A DNA stretch of 41,508 nt from an uncultured Alphaproteobacteria bacterium. GTDB lineage: Bacteria > Pseudomonadota > Alphaproteobacteria > CBDVDY01. The stretch covers positions 1 through 41,508 of the forward strand of contig CBDVDY010000002.1 in assembly GCA_965372875.1 (NCBI GenBank). Direction: 5' to 3'. The notes below the pieces were generated by a model. The model was not told the DNA's origin and searched no databases. It was given only the letters and a program-made list of their open reading frames with translations. The number at the start of each line of letters is the position of its first letter. Position 1 is the stretch's first letter. Made by a program: the position numbers and the translations under genes. This document shows positions 9,704 through 19,337 of the stretch, piece after piece.

Positions 9704-10689
9704 CACGCGGCCCGCCGGTCGCTCGCGGCACCATAAATCCCTCGGACAGCGGCGCGGACTTGGTCCGGCTCGCAGATCCGATTGATGGCGGCACGGAACT
9801 CCGCCGACCCGTACAGGCCCTTGCTGTACCAGGCAATGTGCTTACGGGCCATGCGGACACCGGTCTGACTGCCGTAGTGGCGCAGCATTTCGTCAAAATG
9901 CGATAGGACCGTGGCCAGTTGCGCGTCGAGCGGCGGATCGCTCAGCCGCTCGCCGGTCTTGAGAAAATGCGCGACTTGACGCGGGAACCACGGACGGCCC
10001 ATCGCGCCGCGGCCGATCATCACGCCGTCGGCGCCGGACTCATCGAGGCAACGCCGGGCATCGTCCAGGCTATTGATATCGCCGTTGGCGATCACCGGGA
10101 CGCCGACCGCTTCCTTGACCGTGCGAATGAAACTCCAATCCGAGGCGCCGTTATAGAGTTGGCACCGGGTGCGCCCATGGATGGTTATCATGCGTATGCC
10201 GCAATCCTCGGCGATACGCGCGAGCCTCGCCGCGTTGCGGGATTGCGCGTCCCATCCGGTACGCATCTTCAGGGTTACCGGCAAATCCACGGCCTTTACG
10301 GTGGCCTCGAGGATCTTGGCCGCCCGTCGCTCGTCGCGCATGAGCGCGGAGCCCGCCTGTTTGTTCACTATTTTTTTGACCGGGCACCCGAAATTGATGT
10401 CGATAATGGCCGCCCCACGGTCGCGATTGAGGCGCGCGGCGTCGGCCATCACCTCGGGCTCGCAACCCGCGAGTTGCACCGCCATCGGACGCTCTTCGCC
10501 GCAATTGCTTGCCATCTTCATGGATTGCCGGGTTTCGCGGATCATCGCCTGGCTGGCGATCATCTCGGATACCACCAGTCCCGCCCCAAATCCCTTGACC
10601 AGGCGGCGGAACGGCATGTCGGTCACGCCCGACATGGGCGCCAGGATGACCGGGTCATCCAAGGTGACGGGGCCTATGGATATGCCCAT
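9703..10689 (-). CDS. dusB: tRNA-dihydrouridine synthase B (NifR3 family)
   Basis: [36 protein letters not shown]. First gene of the classic alphaproteobacterial nifR3-ntrB-ntrC operon. Confidence 0.92.
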   Translation of the reverse strand: MGISIGPVTLDDPVILAPMSGVTDMPFRRLVKGFGAGLVVSEMIASQAMIRETRQSMKMASNCGEERPMAVQLAGCEPEVMADAARLNRDRGAAIIDINFGCPVKKIVNKQAGSALMRDERRAAKILEATVKAVDLPVTLKMRTGWDAQSRNAARLARIAEDCGIRMITIHGRTRCQLYNGASDWSFIRTVKEAVGVPVIANGDINSLDDARRCLDESGADGVMIGRGAMGRPWFPRQVAHFLKTGERLSDPPLDAQLATVLSHFDEMLRHYGSQTGVRMARKHIAWYSKGLYGSAEFRAAINRICEPDQVRAAVRGIYGAASDRRAA

Positions 10690-10817
10690 TTCTTAGGCTA
10701 TACTCAAAAATGACTAATCAGCGGGCAATATAGCGGTATATGGCCGAAAATCAACTGCCCGCCGTCCCCGCCCAAGGCTGCCGTGGCCGGCCTGAAACCG
10801 CTCGGCAACCGTGCCTT

Positions 10818-11618
10818 CTAACCCAAAAGAACGTCGGTGACGAATTTCACGCCGGGATAACCGAGAGTCAGGCATAGGTAGGCCACCAGCACGAACCGCG
10901 CGGCCCGGCGGCCGCGGACTCCGGTAAAATATTGGGCCCCGAGCAACAGCGCGATCACCAGGAAAGCAAGCACCGCGAAAACCGATTTGTGCGTGACGGC
11001 GAAGAGCGTGCCCGAATCGAGATAGAGCGTTGCCATCCCGCTAAGGAGGCCGAGCGCCAACACGATTTCGGAGGCGGCGAGCAGCCGTACCTGCAACAGT
11101 TCGCTGTCGGCGACCGACGGCAAGCGGCGGGTCAGCGCGGTTGGCCGCTTGCGTTTCAGCGCGCGTTCGCTCAGCAGCACCGCGAAGCCCGCGATTGCCG
11201 CGACCGTGAGCAGCGCGTAGGTCAGGACCGACACGCCGATATGCAGGTCGAGCCAGGCCGCCGGCGCGCCCCCGGCGATCGGCCGGCCGCCCGCCCGCTG
11301 CCAGATGGTTGCGATCAGGCCAAGCACAAAAAGATAGGGCAGCAGCAGAGGCGTGAGACGCCACGCCTCGCGCCCAAGCAATGCCACCAGCGCATATACC
11401 GCCATGCTGGCGGCTATCGTCAGCCACAAGCTTGTCGAAAACCCGGTGCGCCAGGAATCGGCGAACTGCGTCAGCACCCAGACGGTGGGGCCCGCCAGGG
11501 CGACCAGGAGCAGCAGCCAAAACACAGTGTCGCGCTCTCCGTTCCGGCGCATCGCAAAAAGCGTCGCCGGAACCAGCGCGGCCAGGGCGGACAGGCTATA
11601 AATCATCGGCGCGGGCAT
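10818..11618 (-). CDS. Polytopic membrane protein, cytochrome c assembly (CcsA/YpjD-like) family
   Basis: 266 aa, about 8 hydrophobic helices. Overall resemblance to YpjD/CcsA-type proteins, called from memory of the family only. No decisive motif identified. Confidence 0.55.
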   Translation of the reverse strand: MPAPMIYSLSALAALVPATLFAMRRNGERDTVFWLLLLVALAGPTVWVLTQFADSWRTGFSTSLWLTIAASMAVYALVALLGREAWRLTPLLLPYLFVLGLIATIWQRAGGRPIAGGAPAAWLDLHIGVSVLTYALLTVAAIAGFAVLLSERALKRKRPTALTRRLPSVADSELLQVRLLAASEIVLALGLLSGMATLYLDSGTLFAVTHKSVFAVLAFLVIALLLGAQYFTGVRGRRAARFVLVAYLCLTLGYPGVKFVTDVLLG

Positions 11619-11761
11619 TGTGGCTCTGTCTTACACCATTTCCGGCGGCCGTGCGATGGGCGGCGGAAATAGGAAGAACGGCGGACGGCTCCGCCCTTGG
11701 CAATCGCGAGAGGCGGGTTTAGGGTGGCGCGCCACGGAACAACCCCACTGGTAGACAGGCC

Positions 11762-12970
11762 ATGAGCGGTTGCATTGCCCTGGTGGTCGCGGCGGGCCGC
11801 GGCGCCCGGATTGGCGGCGACGTGCCCAAGCAATACCGGCTCCTGGGCGGTCAGCCGGTGCTGCGCCATTGCCTGGCGACTTTTCGCGATCACCCGGGAA
11901 TAACGGGCGTGCGCGTGGTTATTCATCCCGACGACCGCGCACTCTATGACGCGGCGACGACGGGGTTGACGCTGCTTGATCCGGTTCCGGGCGGCGCGAG
12001 CCGTCAGGAGTCGGTTCGCCTCGGCCTCGAAAGCCTGCTGGAAGACGAGCCCGATACGGTATTGATCCACGACGCCGCACGTCCGTTCGTTGATAACGAC
12101 AGCGTGACCCGCGCCCTCGAAGCGCTCGCCACAAGTCCCGGTGCGCTGGTTGCGATACCAGTTGTGGATACTCTGAAGCGCGCCGGTGGCGACGGCAACG
12201 AGCCGGTCGTCGGCGACACGATCGACCGCGGCGGCCTGTGGCGGGCTCAGACGCCGCAGGGATTTCGCTACCGGGAGATTCTGGCGGCCCATCGAGTCGC
12301 GCATGAAGCCGGCGCCGGCGCGAGTCTCACCGACGACGCGGCGGTGGCCGAACGCGCGGGGATGGAAATTGCGCTGGTCATGGGAAGCGAGGATAATTTC
12401 AAGGTGACCAGCGAAGACGATCTAGCGCGCGCCGAACGGTTCGTCGCGGCGTGGGCGCTCACGGGCGGCGCCGACATTCGTACCGGCAGCGGATTCGATG
12501 TGCACGCCTTCGGACCCGGCGACCATGTATGGCTGTGCGGGATCCGTATTCCCCACGCGCAAGGCTTGGTCGGGCACTCGGATGCCGACGCGGGGCTGCA
12601 CGCGCTCACCGACGCGGTTCTGGGCGCCATCGGCGACGGCGATATCGGCGTCCATTTCCCGGACAGCGACCCCGAATGGCGCGGCGCCTCCTCCGACCGT
12701 TTCCTCGAACACGCGAGGAAACGTGTAGAGGGGCGCGGCGGCGCGATCCTCAACGTCGATATTACCTTGATCTGCCAGGAGCCTCGAATCGGGCCGCACC
12801 GCGACGCCATGGTGGCTCGTGTGGCGGAAATTCTGGCCCTCGCCCCAAGCCGCGTAAGTCTCAAGGCGACGACCACCGAGGGACTGGGTTTTACCGGCCG
12901 CGGCGAGGGCATCGCCGCGCAAGCCATCGCCACGGTACGGCTCCCGCCCGACACCGATGACGGCCAATGA
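11762..12970 (+). CDS. ispDF: Bifunctional MEP cytidylyltransferase / MEcPP synthase IspDF
   Basis: IspD N-terminus ALVVAAGRGARIG. IspF C-terminus GSGFDVHAF and GHSDADAGLHALTDAVLGA. Fused ispDF is typical of alphaproteobacteria. Confidence 0.95.
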   Translation: MSGCIALVVAAGRGARIGGDVPKQYRLLGGQPVLRHCLATFRDHPGITGVRVVIHPDDRALYDAATTGLTLLDPVPGGASRQESVRLGLESLLEDEPDTVLIHDAARPFVDNDSVTRALEALATSPGALVAIPVVDTLKRAGGDGNEPVVGDTIDRGGLWRAQTPQGFRYREILAAHRVAHEAGAGASLTDDAAVAERAGMEIALVMGSEDNFKVTSEDDLARAERFVAAWALTGGADIRTGSGFDVHAFGPGDHVWLCGIRIPHAQGLVGHSDADAGLHALTDAVLGAIGDGDIGVHFPDSDPEWRGASSDRFLEHARKRVEGRGGAILNVDITLICQEPRIGPHRDAMVARVAEILALAPSRVSLKATTTEGLGFTGRGEGIAAQAIATVRLPPDTDDGQ

Positions 12971-12986
12971 TACGGCGTGACGAGCG

Positions 12987-13481
12987 ATGAACTCGTCCGG
13001 CGTGCCATCGCGATTCGATAGGCGGGACCCCGCTTCCTGGATCGCTACCTGGTTTGGCGCCGGCCTGTTGCCCAGAGCGCCGGGCACCTGGGGTTCTCTC
13101 GCCGCCCTGCCCTTCGCCTGGGTAATCCTGGTTTATTTGGGGCCCTGGACGTTGCTGGTGGCGGCCGCGATGCTGTTCGCTCTCGGTCTTTGGGCCTCCG
13201 CAAAATACATATCGGATCGCGACGACAAGGACCCGGCCGAAGTGGTGGTTGACGAGGTCGCCGGACAGTGGCTCGCGCTCACTCTCGCCGCGCCTGGCGA
13301 AGTCTGGCAATTCGCCGTCGGGTTCCTCCTGTTCAGGCTGTTCGATATCACCAAGCCTTGGCCAGCCGGGCACGCCGAGCGCGGATTGCCCGGCGGCCTC
13401 GGAATTATGGCGGACGATCTGGTAGCCGGCGCCTACGCGGCCATAGTCGGTTACGCTGGATATAAAGTTTTTGGTGCTTGA
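12987..13481 (+). CDS. pgpA: Phosphatidylglycerophosphatase A
   Basis: PGTWGSLAALP, DEVAGQW, FRLFDITKPWP, ADDLVAGAYA. Confidence 0.9.
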   Translation: MNSSGVPSRFDRRDPASWIATWFGAGLLPRAPGTWGSLAALPFAWVILVYLGPWTLLVAAAMLFALGLWASAKYISDRDDKDPAEVVVDEVAGQWLALTLAAPGEVWQFAVGFLLFRLFDITKPWPAGHAERGLPGGLGIMADDLVAGAYAAIVGYAGYKVFGA

Positions 13482-13520
13482 TGATGGCTCCATTGCACCA
13501 CGTCGGCCGGATTTCAAATC

Positions 13521-14015
13521 ATGATCGATAGCGAAATGCGCGCAAGGGCGGAAGCCCTGCTCGATGCTTGCCGGGCGCGCGAGATCAAGCTGGCAACCGC
13601 CGAATCGTGCACCGGCGGACTGATCTCCGCCTGCCTCACCGATATTGCCGGTTCTTCGGCCGTATTCGAGCGTGGCTTCGTTACCTATTCGAACGAGGCC
13701 AAACAGGAAATACTCGGCGTGCCGATGGATCTCATACTCGCGCGCGGCGCGGTCAGCGATGCCGTCGTCGCGGCAATGGCCGAAGGCGCGTTGGCGAAGT
13801 CGCTGGCGGACATCTGCGTCGCGGTTACCGGCATCGCCGGGCCGACCGGCGGCACCGCGGAAAAGCCGGTCGGGCTCGTCCATCTCGCCACGGCGCGGCG
13901 CGGCGGGGCGACCCGCCCGGAACACCAGGTGTTTCCCGGCGACAGGGCCGAAGTGCGCCGCGCCACGGTAGCCATGGCGCTGGAGCTTATGCTGGCCCGG
14001 GTCGAGGAGGATTAA
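13521..14015 (+). CDS. CinA C-terminal domain protein (PncC-like nicotinamide-nucleotide amidohydrolase)
   Basis: LATAESCTGGLISACLTDIAGSS, GFVTYSNEAK, VAVTGIAGPTGG. 164 aa, so the stand-alone C-terminal domain. Confidence 0.88.
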   Translation: MIDSEMRARAEALLDACRAREIKLATAESCTGGLISACLTDIAGSSAVFERGFVTYSNEAKQEILGVPMDLILARGAVSDAVVAAMAEGALAKSLADICVAVTGIAGPTGGTAEKPVGLVHLATARRGGATRPEHQVFPGDRAEVRRATVAMALELMLARVEED

Positions 14016-14810
14016 GTGAAGGCCGACCCCGAGCCACGCGGATCCGTACCCGCCGCCGGAATGCGTTCGCCGGCGGCGGCGGCAAAACCGACCTTTCCCA
14101 TCACCGTTTGGGATATCCTGTTGATCGCGGTTTCCGGCGTCGCGATTATCGTCCTTGGGGTGCTCTTGCTTGGCTGGCTGGCGCCATCCGGACAGGTTGG
14201 GGGCACCGGTCCACTGGGCATCGACCCCACCTACTTGGTGCTGGCGCTGGAGGCGGTGGCCATCGTCGCCAGCGTCTATCTGTTCGCCGGGTTGCGCCGG
14301 CGCCTTAGTTGGGCCGACATCGGATTGCGACCGGTGACGCCGCGCCAGATTCGACGCGCCGTCATCGTGGGGCTGTTATGTTTCGCGGTGGTGACGCCGG
14401 TGCTCGCGGGTTTCAACGCTTTGATGAACGAACCGGTCATCAGCCCGCAGGCGCCGCTTGTGGTCGGCCGGGGCGGATTTACCTGGACGCGATTCCTTCT
14501 CATGCTGGCGCTTGGCGGAATGATCGTGCCCTTTGCGGAGGAGCTGTTTTTCCGCGGCCTCGTGTACTCCTGGATGCGCGGCCGATTGGGCGTGGGATCG
14601 AGTGTGTTCGCCAGCGCTCTTGTCTTTGGCCTCGCGCACGCCGTGTTTCCGATGGTTGCGATAGGCGCCTTTCTTGTCGGCCTGGCGCTGGCCTTCGTTT
14701 ACGAGCGCAACGGCACGCTCTGGGCGCCCGTGGCGGTGCACGCCGTTTTCAACACACTCAATCTTTCGGTGATGTTCGCCGGCAGCGCCTATATCGAGGC
14801 CATCACCTAG
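14016..14810 (+). CDS. CPBP (CAAX/Abi) family intramembrane glutamic endopeptidase
   Basis: CPBP motifs EELFFRGLVY, FGLAHA, HAVFN in a polytopic membrane protein. GTG at 14016 directly abuts the cinA-like stop. An in-frame ATG at 14061 is an alternative start. Confidence 0.85.
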   Translation: MKADPEPRGSVPAAGMRSPAAAAKPTFPITVWDILLIAVSGVAIIVLGVLLLGWLAPSGQVGGTGPLGIDPTYLVLALEAVAIVASVYLFAGLRRRLSWADIGLRPVTPRQIRRAVIVGLLCFAVVTPVLAGFNALMNEPVISPQAPLVVGRGGFTWTRFLLMLALGGMIVPFAEELFFRGLVYSWMRGRLGVGSSVFASALVFGLAHAVFPMVAIGAFLVGLALAFVYERNGTLWAPVAVHAVFNTLNLSVMFAGSAYIEAIT

Positions 14811-14858
14811 GACTAATAATCGGTCGCCCCCAGTGGGCCTCTCCGATTGAGCTTCGGC

Positions 14859-15017
14859 ATGACCGAAGATGCCGAAAACGGCGGCGATCCGATCCAGAAA
14901 GACCGGCAGTTCGGCCCCGATCCGTCGCAAACCAGCCCGGCGCTTCGGCGGCCGATCGGATACGCGATGATCGCGGCGTTCGTTGGGGTTGTTCTGATTG
15001 CGGTTTTCACGGCCTGA
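14859..15017 (+). CDS. Candidate small tail-anchored membrane protein (52 aa), unannotated
   Basis: My own translation: MTEDAENGGDPIQKDRQFGPDPSQTSPALRRPIGYAMIAAFVGVVLIAVFTA. Acidic/polar N-terminus and a single C-terminal TM helix. ATG start, TGA stop. Third codon positions are mostly G/C, as in neighbouring genes. No clear SD. Below the ORF-track length cutoff. Confidence 0.3.
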   Translation: MTEDAENGGDPIQKDRQFGPDPSQTSPALRRPIGYAMIAAFVGVVLIAVFTA

Positions 15018-15022
15018 TTCGT

Positions 15023-15502
15023 TTACGCCGGCTTTTCCTTGACCGCCGCACCGGGAGACGCAGGCTTCCGGCCGTTGCCGTAGAGCGACTTGGCGCGGGC
15101 CTCGAACGAGGCGACCATGCGGCGCACGGCCTCGTTGAACAGCACCCCGATCATCCGCCGCATGAGCCGCGAGCGGAACTCGAAATCGACGTAGAAATCG
15201 ATCTCGCAGCCGCCTTCCTTGGGCTCGAACAGCCAGTGATTGGCGAGATACTTGAACGGCCCATCGGAATAGGCGACATCGACGCGACGCGGCCGATCGA
15301 GCACGACCTTGGAGGCGAAGCGCTCGCGGAACATTTTGTAGCCGATCACCAAATCGGCGTGGATCGTGTTGCCCTCGCGCGAACGGACACGGGCGCCGAC
15401 GCACCAGGGCAGAAAGTCCGGGTAGCGCTCGACGTCGGCAACGAGATCGAAAAGCTGCTCGGGCGTGTAGGGCAGGAAACGTTTCTCGGCGTGGGTGGGC
15501 AT
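15023..15502 (-). CDS. SRPBCC/START-fold protein, RatA / COQ10-like
   Basis: LFDLVADVERYPDFLPWC and overall polyketide-cyclase/START pattern. Sits immediately downstream of lipA, as in other alphaproteobacteria. Confidence 0.85.
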   Translation of the reverse strand: MPTHAEKRFLPYTPEQLFDLVADVERYPDFLPWCVGARVRSREGNTIHADLVIGYKMFRERFASKVVLDRPRRVDVAYSDGPFKYLANHWLFEPKEGGCEIDFYVDFEFRSRLMRRMIGVLFNEAVRRMVASFEARAKSLYGNGRKPASPGAAVKEKPA

Positions 15503-15543
15503 GGCGGCCTACGTGGCGGTTGCTGCTTGCCTGGCGCGCGGGA

Positions 15544-16536
15544 TCACGCGCCGCCGGCCCCGGCCGCGCCAGCCGCATTTCCGGCAAGACGCTCCGTGCG
15601 CGCCGCGCGCAGGCGCTGGAAATCGTCGCCGGCGAAATAGGACGAGCGCGTGAGCGGCGAGGACGAGACCAGCAGGAATCCCTTGCCCTTGGCCATCGCC
15701 GCGTAGGCATCGAATTCGTCCGGCGGAACGAACCGGTCGACCGGCGCGTGCTTCAACGTCGGTTGCAGGTACTGGCCGATGGTCAGGAAATCGACGTCCG
15801 CGGCACGCAAATCGTCCATCACCTGGTGCACCTCCTCGCGCGTCTCGCCGAGCCCGACCATCATGCCCGATTTGGTGAACATCGAGGCGTCGATCTCCTT
15901 GACCTTGGCGAGCAGTTGCAGCGACGCGAAGTAGCGCGCGCCCGGCCGGATCGTCGGATAGAGCCGCGGCACGGTCTCGAGGTTGTGGTTGAACACGTCG
16001 GGCCTAGCCGCGACCACCAAATCGACGGCGCCAACCTTCTTGAGGAAATCCGGCGTCAACACCTCCACCGTGGTCGAGGGCGCCGCGGCACGGAGGCATT
16101 CGATCACGCGCACGAACTGCCCGGCGCCACCGTCGTCGAGATCGTCGCGATCGACCGAGGTGATGACCACGTGCGCGAGACCGAGCCTGGCCACGGCCTC
16201 GCCCACGCGCTCCGGCTCGTGCGGGTCGAGCTTGTCCGGGAGACCCGTTCGCACGTTGCAGAAAGCGCAGGCCCGCGTGCACACGGAGCCCAGGATCATC
16301 ATGGTGGCGTGCTTCTTGGTCCAACATTCTCCGATGTTGGGGCACGCCGCCTCCTCGCACACCGTGGCGAGGTTGAATTCGCGCATCAGCTTGCGGGTTT
16401 CGTGGTACTCCGGCGAGGTCGGCGCCTTGACCCGAATCCAGGCCGGCTTGCGCCGCACGGGTGAATCCGGATTGCCCGCCTTTTCCGGGTGGCGCGGTCG
16501 TTCCTTGGCGTCCGTCGTGGTTATGCCGTCAGTCAT
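15544..16536 (-). CDS. lipA: Lipoyl synthase
   Basis: Auxiliary cluster [12 protein letters not shown] and radical-SAM cluster [13 protein letters not shown] at 16536. Confidence 0.95.
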   Translation of the reverse strand: MTDGITTTDAKERPRHPEKAGNPDSPVRRKPAWIRVKAPTSPEYHETRKLMREFNLATVCEEAACPNIGECWTKKHATMMILGSVCTRACAFCNVRTGLPDKLDPHEPERVGEAVARLGLAHVVITSVDRDDLDDGGAGQFVRVIECLRAAAPSTTVEVLTPDFLKKVGAVDLVVAARPDVFNHNLETVPRLYPTIRPGARYFASLQLLAKVKEIDASMFTKSGMMVGLGETREEVHQVMDDLRAADVDFLTIGQYLQPTLKHAPVDRFVPPDEFDAYAAMAKGKGFLLVSSSPLTRSSYFAGDDFQRLRAARTERLAGNAAGAAGAGGA

Positions 16537-16542
16537 CAGAAT

Positions 16543-17955
16543 CTAGAAATGGACGGCGCGGCCATAGGCGTCAAGCACCGATTCGTGCATCATCTCGGAG
16601 AGCGTCGGGTGCGGGAAGACGCTGTGCATGAGTTCGGCCTCGGTCGCCTCGGCGCTCATGGCCACGGCGTAGCCCTGAATGAGCTCGGTGACCTCCGCGC
16701 CGACCATGTGGGCGCCCAAGAGCTCACCCGTTTTGGCGTCGAAGATGGTCTTGACCAAGCCCTGATCCTCGCCCAGCGCGATTGCCTTGCCATTGCCCGC
16801 GAAGGGAAAGCGCCCGACCCTGATGTCGCGGCCCTGCTCCTTGGCCGCTTCCTCGGTCAGGCCGACGCTGGCAATTTGCGGCGTGCAATAGGTACAGCCT
16901 GGAATGCGGCGCGTATCCAAGGGATGCACGCCGTCCACACCGGCGATACGCTCAACGCAGACCACGCCCTCGTGGCTTGCCTTGTGCGCGAGCCAGGGCG
17001 GGCCGGTCAGATCGCCGATGGCGTAAACGCCCTTCTCGCCGGTTTCGCACCACTCGTCGACCACCACGTGGCCCTTCTCGACCCTTACCTTGGTGACTTC
17101 GAGGCCGATGTCCTCGACGTTACCGGTGATGCCGATCGCGAGGATCACGCGTTCGAAGTCCTGGCTCTCGCTCTTGCCGCCCTGTTCAATCGTCGCCGTC
17201 ACCTTGTTCTTGCCGGTCTTGAGCGCCGCCACCGTGGCGTCGGTGCGGATCGTCATGCCCTGTTTCTCGAATGCCTTATGCGCGAAATCGGAAATCTCCG
17301 CGTCCTCGACCGGGAGGACGCGCTCGAGCACCTCGACCACCGTCACCTCGGCGCCCAGCGTGCGGTAAAAGCTGGCGAACTCGATGCCGATGGCGCCGCT
17401 GCCGACCACCAGCAGCGATTTCGGCATGGAATCCGGCACCATCGCCTCCTTGTAGGTCCAGATGCGCTTGCCGTCGGGCACGAGCCCCGGCAGCGTCCGC
17501 GCCCGCGCGCCGGTCGCAAGAATAATGTGCTTGGCCTCGAGCGCGGCGATCCGCTTGCCGCCCTTCTCGACGCTCACCTTGCGCTCTCCGGGCGCCGCGC
17601 CGACGATTCGCCCGTGGCCGTCGAAAACCTCGACCTTGTTTTTTTTCAGGAGGTGCTTGACTCCGGCGTTGAGCCGCCCCGCGACCTTGCGCGAACGTTT
17701 GACGATTTTGCCGATGTCGAAGGACACGTCCTTGGCCGCCATGCCGAACTCGTCGAGCCGGTGCATCAGGTGCCAGATCTCCGCCGAGCGCAGCAGCGCC
17801 TTGGTCGGGATGCAGCCCCAGTTCAGGCAGATGCCGCCGAGATGCTCGCGCTCGACAACCGCGGCCCTCATGCCGAGCTGCGCCGCCCGGATCGCGGCGA
17901 CGTAGCCGCCCGGCCCGCCGCCAATGACGATGAGATCGAAGGATGTGTCAGGCAC
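16543..17955 (-). CDS. lpdA: Dihydrolipoyl dehydrogenase (E3)
   Basis: FAD site GGGPGGYVAAIRAAQLG, redox disulfide CLNWGCIPTK, C-terminal HPTLSE. GTG start at 17955 preceded by GGGAG with 6-nt spacing. Confidence 0.95.
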   Translation of the reverse strand: MPDTSFDLIVIGGGPGGYVAAIRAAQLGMRAAVVEREHLGGICLNWGCIPTKALLRSAEIWHLMHRLDEFGMAAKDVSFDIGKIVKRSRKVAGRLNAGVKHLLKKNKVEVFDGHGRIVGAAPGERKVSVEKGGKRIAALEAKHIILATGARARTLPGLVPDGKRIWTYKEAMVPDSMPKSLLVVGSGAIGIEFASFYRTLGAEVTVVEVLERVLPVEDAEISDFAHKAFEKQGMTIRTDATVAALKTGKNKVTATIEQGGKSESQDFERVILAIGITGNVEDIGLEVTKVRVEKGHVVVDEWCETGEKGVYAIGDLTGPPWLAHKASHEGVVCVERIAGVDGVHPLDTRRIPGCTYCTPQIASVGLTEEAAKEQGRDIRVGRFPFAGNGKAIALGEDQGLVKTIFDAKTGELLGAHMVGAEVTELIQGYAVAMSAEATEAELMHSVFPHPTLSEMMHESVLDAYGRAVHF

Positions 17956-17971
17956 GCATTACTCCCGGCAT

Positions 17972-19288
17972 TCAGGCCAGCATGGTCGCGGGCGATTCGA
18001 TGAAGCCCTTGAGGACTTGCATGAATCGCGCGCCCAAAGCGCCATCCACGACGCGGTGATCGCAGGAGAGGGTGCAGCTCATCATGCTAGCTATGGCGAG
18101 TTCGCCGTCCCTGACCACGGGCCGTTGCTCGCCCGCGCCGACGGCAAGAATGCACGATTGCGGCGGGTTGATAATGGCGGCGAACTCCTTGACCCCGTAC
18201 ATGCCCAGGTTGGAGATGCTGAAGCCGCCGCCCTGGTATTCCTCGGGCATCAGCTTGCCGGCGCGGGCCCGGGCGGCGAAGTCCTTCATCTCGTTCGCGA
18301 TGGTGGCCAGACCCTTCCTGTCGGCGTCGCGCACGATCGGGGTAATGAGCCCGCCCTCGGTGGCGACGGCGACCGCGATATCGACACTCGTGTAAGTGCG
18401 CAGCCCGGCGTCGGTCCAAGAGGCGTTGACCGCCGGCATGCGCTTGAGCGCCTGCGCCACCCCTTTGATCACCAGATCGTTGACCGAAACCTTGTAGGCA
18501 CCGTCGCCTTCTGGGGAGGCCGCGTTGATCTCCTTGCGCGCCGCCAGAAGCCGGTCGATCTCGAAATCCATGGTCATATAGAAGTGCGGCACCGTCTGCT
18601 TGGCTTCGGTCAGGCGCGCGGCGATGATTTTGCGCATGGTCGAATGCGGCGTATCGGTATAGGCGCCAGTTGGCATGGCGGGTTCGGGCGCGAGGCGGGA
18701 CGCGGGCGCCGCCGCCGGGGCCGGCGCGCCGCCAGACAGCGCCGCTTCGACGTCCGCCTTGACGATTCGCCCCTTTGGGCCGCTGCCGGCGATCGACGCC
18801 AGGTCGAGCCCGGCCTGCTTGGCCATGCGGCGCGCCAGCGGGCTGGCGAAGATATGTCCGCCAGCGCCGGTCGAGACGGGAATTGGCCGCGCGGCCTCGG
18901 GCGCCGTAGCGGGTCTTGGGGCGGGCGCCGCGGCGGCCGGCTCGGGAGGCGGCGCCGGTGCCGGAGCCGGTGTTGGAGGCGCTGTCGAGGCCGGCGCGGG
19001 CGTCGGTGGCGCGGCCACCACGCCATCTAGTGACGCCGCGTCCTCGCCCTCTTCGAGGATCAGCGCGATCGGCTGATTGACCGGCACTGCGTCGGTGCCC
19101 TCGGCGACCAGGATGCGGCCCAGGATGCCCTCCTCCACCGCCTCGATCTCCATCGTCGCCTTGTCGGTCTCGATCTCCGCCAGCACGTCGCCGCTCTCGA
19201 TCGTCTCGCCCTCGGATTTGAGCCACTTGGCGAGCTTGCCCTCGGTCATGGTCGGCGACAACGCCGGCATCAGCACTTCGATTGGCAT
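17972..19288 (-). CDS. pdhC: Pyruvate dehydrogenase E2 dihydrolipoamide acetyltransferase
   Basis: One lipoyl domain ([12 protein letters not shown]), Ala/Pro linker, E3-binding domain (IFASPLARRMAKQAGLDL), catalytic SCDHRVVDGA. I start at the ATG at 19288 (MPIEVLMP...), preceded by GGGGAGAACG. The ORF-track extension to 19375 is rejected. Confidence 0.93.
   Translation of the reverse strand: MPIEVLMPALSPTMTEGKLAKWLKSEGETIESGDVLAEIETDKATMEIEAVEEGILGRILVAEGTDAVPVNQPIALILEEGEDAASLDGVVAAPPTPAPASTAPPTPAPAPAPPPEPAAAAPAPRPATAPEAARPIPVSTGAGGHIFASPLARRMAKQAGLDLASIAGSGPKGRIVKADVEAALSGGAPAPAAAPASRLAPEPAMPTGAYTDTPHSTMRKIIAARLTEAKQTVPHFYMTMDFEIDRLLAARKEINAASPEGDGAYKVSVNDLVIKGVAQALKRMPAVNASWTDAGLRTYTSVDIAVAVATEGGLITPIVRDADRKGLATIANEMKDFAARARAGKLMPEEYQGGGFSISNLGMYGVKEFAAIINPPQSCILAVGAGEQRPVVRDGELAIASMMSCTLSCDHRVVDGALGARFMQVLKGFIESPATMLA
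18999..19288. repeat. Direct repeat copy A (pdhC lipoyl-domain module)
   Basis: Aligned by eye with 20452-20741. The 248-nt core 19041-19288 versus 20494-20741 has 10 substitutions and no indels. Similarity continues about 40 nt further with more mismatches. Confidence 0.9.
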
Positions 19289-19337
19289 CGTTCTCCCCTT
19301 GTTGCCGGCGCGTTCCGGCGTACCGGATATTCCTCGG

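Noticed and set aside
14813-15010. 65-aa minus-strand ORF in the CPBP/SRPBCC spacer
   Set aside because: It has a GTG start and no SD, and its product is not protein-like. It shares third-codon positions with the plus-strand 52-aa ORF, so it is probably that ORF's shadow. It is not fully excluded.
15023-15502. RatA-type toxin of a toxin-antitoxin pair
   Set aside because: No small antitoxin-like partner is co-oriented with it. The position next to lipA is the conserved housekeeping context of COQ10/RatA-like SRPBCC proteins in alphaproteobacteria.
14309-15710. 443-aa plus and 444-aa minus ORFs spanning the CPBP gene, the SRPBCC gene and the lipA end
   Set aside because: They cross three independently supported genes and an intergenic gap. 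The composition is typical of off-frame GC-rich translation.
16489-18003. 504-aa plus-strand ORF antisense to lpdA
   Set aside because: The same high-GC antisense artefact. lpdA has unambiguous FAD and disulfide motifs on the minus strand.
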